Shown: one piece after another, positions 36,144 through 42,384 of the stretch | Layout of the letters: the number at the start of each line of letters is the position of its first letter | Position numbering within the stretch: position 1 is the first letter of the stretch | Source of the DNA: Dimorphilus gyrociliatus | Lineage: Eukaryota > Animalia > Annelida | DNA length: 42,384 nucleotides | Reading direction: 5' to 3' | Assembly: GCA_904063045.1 (NCBI GenBank) | Contig: CAJFCJ010000100.1 | Span: 47,228 to 89,611, forward strand | Notes under the pieces: generated by a model | Databases searched by the model: none | Seen by the model: only the letters and a program-made list of their open reading frames with translations | What the model was told of the DNA's origin: nothing | Made by a program: the position numbers and the translations under genes

Positions 36144-36861
36144 TGATTGTCAAATGAGAAAAATTCTTTAGGACTTTCTGCTTCTTCAGAACAGTATTCA
36201 TCCCTTCCAATCATTTATCAACTTACCAAAGTACTCAAACAAATAGAACCTTTCAAATTCGTCCACAAATAGTCTTAACAAATGTCATTTCATTAGAAAT
36301 TAATCAACAAAATACCAGTATTTCGTCCAAAGAATATGTATTGAGTAAATGAGTTTCTAGTTCTAAACAAGTAAGTTTAAACAACCAGTTAACCATTAAA
36401 AAACTGAACTGACAAGCTGGAGAAAAGCATTTCCTTTTATACATTTCCAAAGCTTGGGTTCAAGTGGTCAAAGGATTACAAAGTTGAAATGTAACAATCT
36501 CATAATTCTCATGTAACAAAAATCTGAAAGACTGTTATTTAACAGTAAAACCCTGTTTATTATTTACATATAAAATATAATCCTAAGATTAGGGCCACAT
36601 GCCAGACATGTGCCACAGTAAACAGGCCTGTCTCATCAGCATCTGGTGTTTGAATCAGCATCTGGTGTTTGACCTGCTTGTTTTCCTTGTTCTTTGTTCG
36701 TTTGTTAATTCCCAAGTAGCCAACATCTGTTACAGTCAAAGAGTCTATTTCTTAGGAAATAGAGTTCTTTCTAGCAATTTTGTAATATAAAATAAGATAT
36801 TCTGAAGGTCAGATTTCGAGTAAAAGATTCATCTTAATCAACCTAATCTCAGCAAAGCACA
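36144..36861 (-). mobile_element. Degenerate solo LTR, type B (~718 bp)
   Basis: Colinear with 17423-18000. TATAAAAG at 36441-36434. Possible TSD TATCC/TACCC (4/5); ends are degenerate. Confidence 0.75.
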
Positions 36862-37348
36862 TACCCTTATTCTCTTTCACACACATACATTCATACTGAC
36901 TCATACTTGCACCCAACATGATTATTAATCTAGTTATTATTTTCAGAGTGTAAATATTGCTTGAACGCACACACATCTATGTTTATTTGCCAGATTTTTA
37001 TTTTTATTTAAAGAATCAATTGAAGATTGCAATATAAAAAAAAAACTATAAAAAATTATTTCATATTTTATTTTGAAGAATCAATTAAAATTCACATATA
37101 TATTTGGAAACAGCTGTCCAAACTGAAGTAGGTAGACCAACAATTGTTCCAATTTATAATGAACTGACTAATAACATAACTTAAAGCTAAAAATCAAAAC
37201 TTTTCTCATTTTGCGATTCCTAACCCTAAAGTTCATCCAAAATGACCTGAAAAAAAAACTAAAAAAATTAAATTTAATCTAGAATGAAAACTATCCAAAC
37301 CCTACAAATGCTATAGTCTAGTCTGGCATCAACTTCATATATTCCTGT

Positions 37349-37669
37349 TTATTTCTCACTTGAAGAATTCAAGTTCAATATATCAGTATCACTTTTTGTA
37401 ATGACATATCCTCGAATCATATTCTTACAGTATGGGCATTCTAATCTTGAAAGTTTCATTGTACAGTCTATACAGCTTAGTAAATGACAACAAGGTAGAA
37501 ACAAAGTATTAGCCATGTTATTATAGCATATTTTACACTCCAAAGTCTCTTTTAATTGACAATATTCATTTGAATATATTTCTGAATTCCTGAAATCAGA
37601 AACAAAAGATAAAATAATAAGAATAAAAAAATAACTATTTTCTTACTTGAACTCTTTCATAGTCAACAT
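37349..37669 (-). CDS. Small RING-finger protein (C3HC4, IAP/MGRN-like RING), predicted 87 aa
   Basis: CKIC...LFLPCCHLLSCIDC...CPYC. A 57-bp intron (37646-37590) joins a 23-nt first exon (ATG at 37669, preceded by an in-frame TGA) in the correct phase. Confidence 0.7.
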
Positions 37670-37942
37670 TCAGAGTTTTAATATAGATTATTGCAAATCA
37701 TTAATGTTCATATAGTAAAAACTCACATGTCAGTTAATTTAAATAAATTTTTTTGAAATTTAAAAAAATTATAAACTTGGATGGCTATTGGCTAATGAAT
37801 TATTAGTTCAAACATTTTATGTTTATGCTCAATAGTTTTCTTTTTTTTTATTCTCAATTTTTTCATATTTTTTCTCTTTTATTATTAAATGTTTATTTAG
37901 TATTATTTTCTTTAATATTACCAATTAAACATCTAGAATTTC

Positions 37943-38027
37943 ATGGGTACAGTTTTACTAAAAAAGTGGTACAATTTCACCTGGGTACAGTTTCACTTGG
38001 GTACATTTTCACCCAGGTACAGTTTCA
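37943..38027. repeat. Orphan TIR remnant of the MULE 1 family
   Basis: About 5 units of GGTACA(G/A/T)TTTCACC, similar to 14401-14497. Confidence 0.7.
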
Positions 38028-38144
38028 ATTAATAACCTACTATAATTTCTAATTATTGATTAAAAATTTTATTGTTGTCTGCAACATTCTTATTTGACCA
38101 TTGCTGCTTGTCAACTCTATTAAGCATTTTTTATTTAGATAGAA

Positions 38145-39790
38145 ATGGCAATAGATCCAAATTCTCACGAAATTGTTTTAGACATTAAATACCTTCTTCA
38201 CCAGGAATTTCAAAGTAAACTTTTCCACTTTTGATTTATTTCACAGAGAAAAAAATTTCTTCTTTTTAGATTTTACTTTGGATGGGGATTTTAATTTCAT
38301 GGATGAAAATGTTCCAAATGGAATATATTTCTATCATGATGCTAAATATGTAACTATTGAAAATAATTTAAAAAAAAAACAATTTTACAATTACTTTCTT
38401 TTTGTTAAAACTGTTAGGATGTAAACAGAAAAAGCTCTTTAAAATTATTTTCAAAATGGCATGAAACCCATAATGGAGAGGGAAAATTTACTTTAAAGAT
38501 ATTTCAACCAGAAATATTGTGTTCTGTTCAATTTGTTCGTGAAACCTGTGTTTTTAAGTACGAAGAAAACTGTAGTATTTACAGTGAGTTGAAACATTCA
38601 ATATTTCAAAATTGATTAATTTTTCTTGTTTTCAATAAAAGAAATTCCATTGAATAATGTTGAAAATTTTAAAAAATGTTCTGTGGTTATTAAATTCAAA
38701 GTTAAACATGATAGAATTCATTCTTTAAGAATTGGAGCATTCAACATACAAAAAAGATTTGGTTAATATATAAATTCAACATTTTCTCAAAGTAGTTAAT
38801 TTTAAATAATTTATCTCATAAGGGTGAAAATGAGGAAGTTAAAAATCAATTTAAAAAAGTATAATTAATTATAATTTTAAAATTAAGTGCTTTTTTTGTT
38901 TTATTTACAAACTGTAAAATTGATAACAGACAGTTAAAAGTTTTGATCTCCTTCTCTTACAAGAAGTAGCAAAAGACAAAAAGAAACTTCCAAATTTTTC
39001 CGAGATTTTGAGGTCTATAAATACAGAATTAGTATCAAATGGAGAATCTCCATATTACGCATTAGTTGGCAAGGAATACCACAATTGTGAAAGATATTTC
39101 CTTCTCTATAATACAAAATACCTTGTTTGTTCTAAATGTAAAGAATATGAGGATAAGGAAAAAGAAAAATTTTCTAGACCACCATTAATTGCTACTTTTC
39201 AAACAAAATATTGTCAAGTTGATAAATTCACATTTATTCCTTTGCATAGTCGTCCAGATAAGGAGGCTAAAGGAAAATATCCCAACTTTTGGAGAATTAT
39301 CTAAACTTTTAAAAATTCCTGAAGAATTAGAGGAAACAGAGGTTAACTAAAAATTCAATTCTTACAGAGAGAATTTTTTTTGTGTAGAAATTTCTTGTAA
39401 ATATTCTGAAAATTTTATATTTTTAAATTTACCAGAATGATACAGATTTTATTATTGGTGGAGATTTAAACTGGTCAGCAAGTTACTGTTCTGCAGAGGA
39501 TAGAGCCTCTTGACAATATGTTAGAAACCACAAATATTATACAATGTACTCCAAAAGTTGGAACAAATAAGGGAAAAAACAAAGAGTACGACAGGTGAGT
39601 TACACTTAAAAAAATACTTTCAAAGATTCTTTTTTAATTATTAATGACTTTTTTTTGGATTTGTTAAAAGGCTTTTTTTAAAAGGAGAACTAATTAAATA
39701 TTTCAAGTTGGAGGATTTGTTGATTACACCATAACGTTTAGTAATCATTTTCCAATTGGATTTCATATTCAATCCTGTGATAAAATGTGA
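38145..39790 (+). CDS. DNase I-family endonuclease with ~140-aa N-terminal extension; 8 predicted exons and 4 apparent 1-bp frameshifts
   Basis: Motifs LRIGAFNIQ, DLLLLQEV, ERYFLLYN, FSRPP, FIPLHSRP, GGDLN, YDRLFL and SNHFP appear in DNase I order. Predicted exons: 38145-38214, 38249-38349, 38418-38583, 38642-38761, 38823-38858, 38930-39341, 39436-39594, 39671-39790. The first intron (34 bp) is uncertain. Confidence 0.85.
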
Positions 39791-40791
39791 AAATATAAAA
39801 TAACAAAATTACTCTCCCTTCAGAGTAAAGATTTTAGATTTCTCTCTTATGATATACCAAACCTGGAGGAGAGAAATTTTATTGTACAGCAACTCAATAT
39901 AGAGATATTCACTAGGGAATTTATTGAAAATGTTACTTCATTCCTAAATAAAACTTATTTAGCCTGTTATATAAAAATTGACAACACACAGTTTAACAAT
40001 CTCTATTGTCTCAGAGATTTGAATTCACAATCTTTGCAGTTTCTATTTCTCATTAACTTTTAGATTAGTTGTGTAATTCATTTTCCATGAGCAGGGATAA
40101 AGTTTGGTTGGTTGGTTGATGGACTAATTGAAAAATAGCTTTGCCACACCTTTTCCAAATAGTTAAACCTCTAGGATGACTCATTGAAATATAATTGGGG
40201 GATGAAGTCTTGGTGTGTTTCATATTTAGGTTAGATAATCAGATGAGTTGGATAGAGTAATATAGATCAAGATGTAAAATAACACAAAAGTTGCACACTA
40301 TATCTATTTAAAAATTTTTGAAATTGCCCACAGTTTTGTGGTTGTATCCTAACCCAGCCCTGGACTCCATTTCACGTACTTCAGGCTATTTAAAAGATTT
40401 CCAAGAACAAAAGTTCATAATAAAGTAGAAATTAAAATATTTAATAACAAAACAATGAATGAATGAAGACAAACTAGAAATAGCAACTTACAAGGATTTT
40501 TGTAAACAGGACTGTTAGAAAAAGATACAATAGAAAAAAATTTAAAAATTTACAATTTAAAATATTCCAGTTTTGAAGTAAATTTGAAAAAAGAGAATTG
40601 ATTTTTTTCAATCCTTGTATTGTGATTGATTGATAATAAATTATTACTATGATCATTATTTGAACATGCTACAGATTTCAATTTCAACTTAATTTATTTA
40701 TCATTCAAGTCTAATTTATCATAAAAAAATCTATTTTTGGTAATTTTAGTCTTTCTAAGAGAATCCAGTTTGAAGATATATTTTATAAATT

Positions 40792-41729
40792 TGTACACAT
40801 ACATTCGTCAGCTATATTCTAAACAATAGAGAAAGTAGTATTGAACCAGTATTGTATATGCAGATAGCACTGATAAAGATAAGCAGTAGTGACCTAGTTT
40901 TCGCATAGGGCAGTGCATACACATTATGCAGCAATAAAACCTATTGAATTATATAAAGAATATTTGCTATTTGCAACCTAGCATTAATATTACAATTTAT
41001 TAATCCATACATTTATGATTTCCAACTAAAACTAGTTCAATTAATTATCAATTATGCTTAAATTCTAAGTTTAGATTATATTCACTATTCAACAGTATTG
41101 TATACACAATACTGTTCTTTTTAACATGCATTAATCAGATATACTTCCTCCTTATATGCTGATGCTAAATTTACTAACTCAATCAATTCAATATCATTAT
41201 TAAGTAGAATATAAAAACGGTCAAATATACAATCTACATGTTTTCTTGATTGTTGGACTTGTCCTACTAAAATTGTTACATCTTATGCAACTCTCCAACC
41301 TTCGAAATTCAACTATTATTTAGAAGAGGAAAACAATAAAAACATGACCATATTTAGAACTTTTCTTTGTCTTCAAATGTTACTTTTGTTTTTGTGAACA
41401 TTGAAATTTGTGAACTATCAACCCTTAAAAAGAGTATATAAACCCTACGAAATTAACAGTTGATAGTTCAGTTTTCTAACTGTCAGCTAGTTGTTTAAAC
41501 TAGCTTGTTTAGAACTAGAAGCTCATTTTACTCAATACATATTCTTTGGACGAAATACTGGTGTTTTGTTAATCAATTTCTACCGAAATTGCCTTTGTTA
41601 GACTATTTGTGGACGAACTTTAAAGGTTCTATTTGGACCAGTACTTTGGCAAGTTGGTAAATGATTGGAAAGGACGATTACAGTTGTGACGAACCAGAAA
41701 TTCCTACAATTACAATACAACAAAGTACA
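40792..41729 (+). mobile_element. Solo LTR, type C (938 bp)
   Basis: TGTACAC...CAAAGTACA termini, 5-bp TSD AAATT (40787-40791 and 41730-41734), GTATATAAACCC TATA near 41435. Confidence 0.88.
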
Positions 41730-42384
41730 AAATTCATAGTCTTTAGATTCTATTAAAGTATTTCCTTCAACTCTAACACTTTCAAAAATAAGTGATTTTT
41801 AAGTAATGTCACCAATTTTTTTGCAGAAACTTCAATTGAAAACTGGTAACAAAGAACAAGATAGCAAATAAAATGCACTTAGGAGAGTCTAGTCTAAGGG
41901 TTATGGGTGATGAAAAAGGTTAAGGAGAGATTAGGGTTGATTTAGGGTAAAAGTAATAGGAATGATTTGTGATCATTCAAAATCATTTAACAACAACTCT
42001 GAGGTTATCTTAGAAAAATTAATCATTAGTTTATACCTAACATATTTCCAGGTGGAAAAACTGGAATACTGCCATGAGATTCTTTATGTCTGATATAAAA
42101 TAATTCTTTGGGATGTTTGGGTCTATGGTTCTCCTTATATACATTCTATGAATTCTAGGCAGGAGGTGTTTAGACAGAAGACAGATGGCGCTGAATTATA
42201 CAAGTTATATAGATTTGACAGCAAACTGAACTTTTTTTATCTCAATAACCAATTAAAATGTTCTATCATTTAGAGAAAATTTTTTGAGGATTTTCTTTGA
42301 AGATAGTCAATTTTTATATTTGTGCTCAATTATTACTATCCAAAAGATGAAAATCTTCCAAATTAAATCCATTTTTGGTGAAAA

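Noticed and set aside
37819-40656. ORFs 37819-38052 and 40474-40656 with hydrophobic peptides
   Set aside because: They are low-complexity AT-rich non-coding DNA giving F/L/I-rich translations without domain features.

Overview
AT-rich eukaryotic DNA from a compact-intron invertebrate (GT-AG introns mostly 53-76 bp, standard code); it is not prokaryotic and has no CRISPR array, rRNA or tRNA. Host genes: (1) a very large CARD-like/NACHT/LRR NLR gene on the minus strand (8344 to <1), whose ~6 kb LRR exon is absent from the ORF track and holds 26 tandem 171-bp (57-aa) double-LRR units; (2) a decayed sacsin-like gene with a C-terminal HEPN domain; (3) a two-exon type II membrane fucosyltransferase-like gene; (4) a tiny RING-finger gene; (5) an 8-exon DNase I-family gene with an unusual ~140-aa N-terminal extension. 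Between these lies a transposon nest (about 9-27.4 kb) plus scattered solo LTRs. It contains two truncated Ty3/Gypsy elements carrying a class III viral fusion glycoprotein env (rhabdovirus G-like fusion loops, herpes gB/chuvirus-like core helix), fused in frame to integrase in one copy. It also contains three intron-bearing Mutator-like elements with tandem-repeat TIRs; all three encode FLYWCH and two retain an N-terminal PHD-like finger. About ten LTR copies from three LTR types are present, five with exact 4-5 bp target-site duplications. All domain calls come from manual motif recognition, with no database searches. Many reading-frame breaks are 1-bp indels in short base runs and may be assembly errors.
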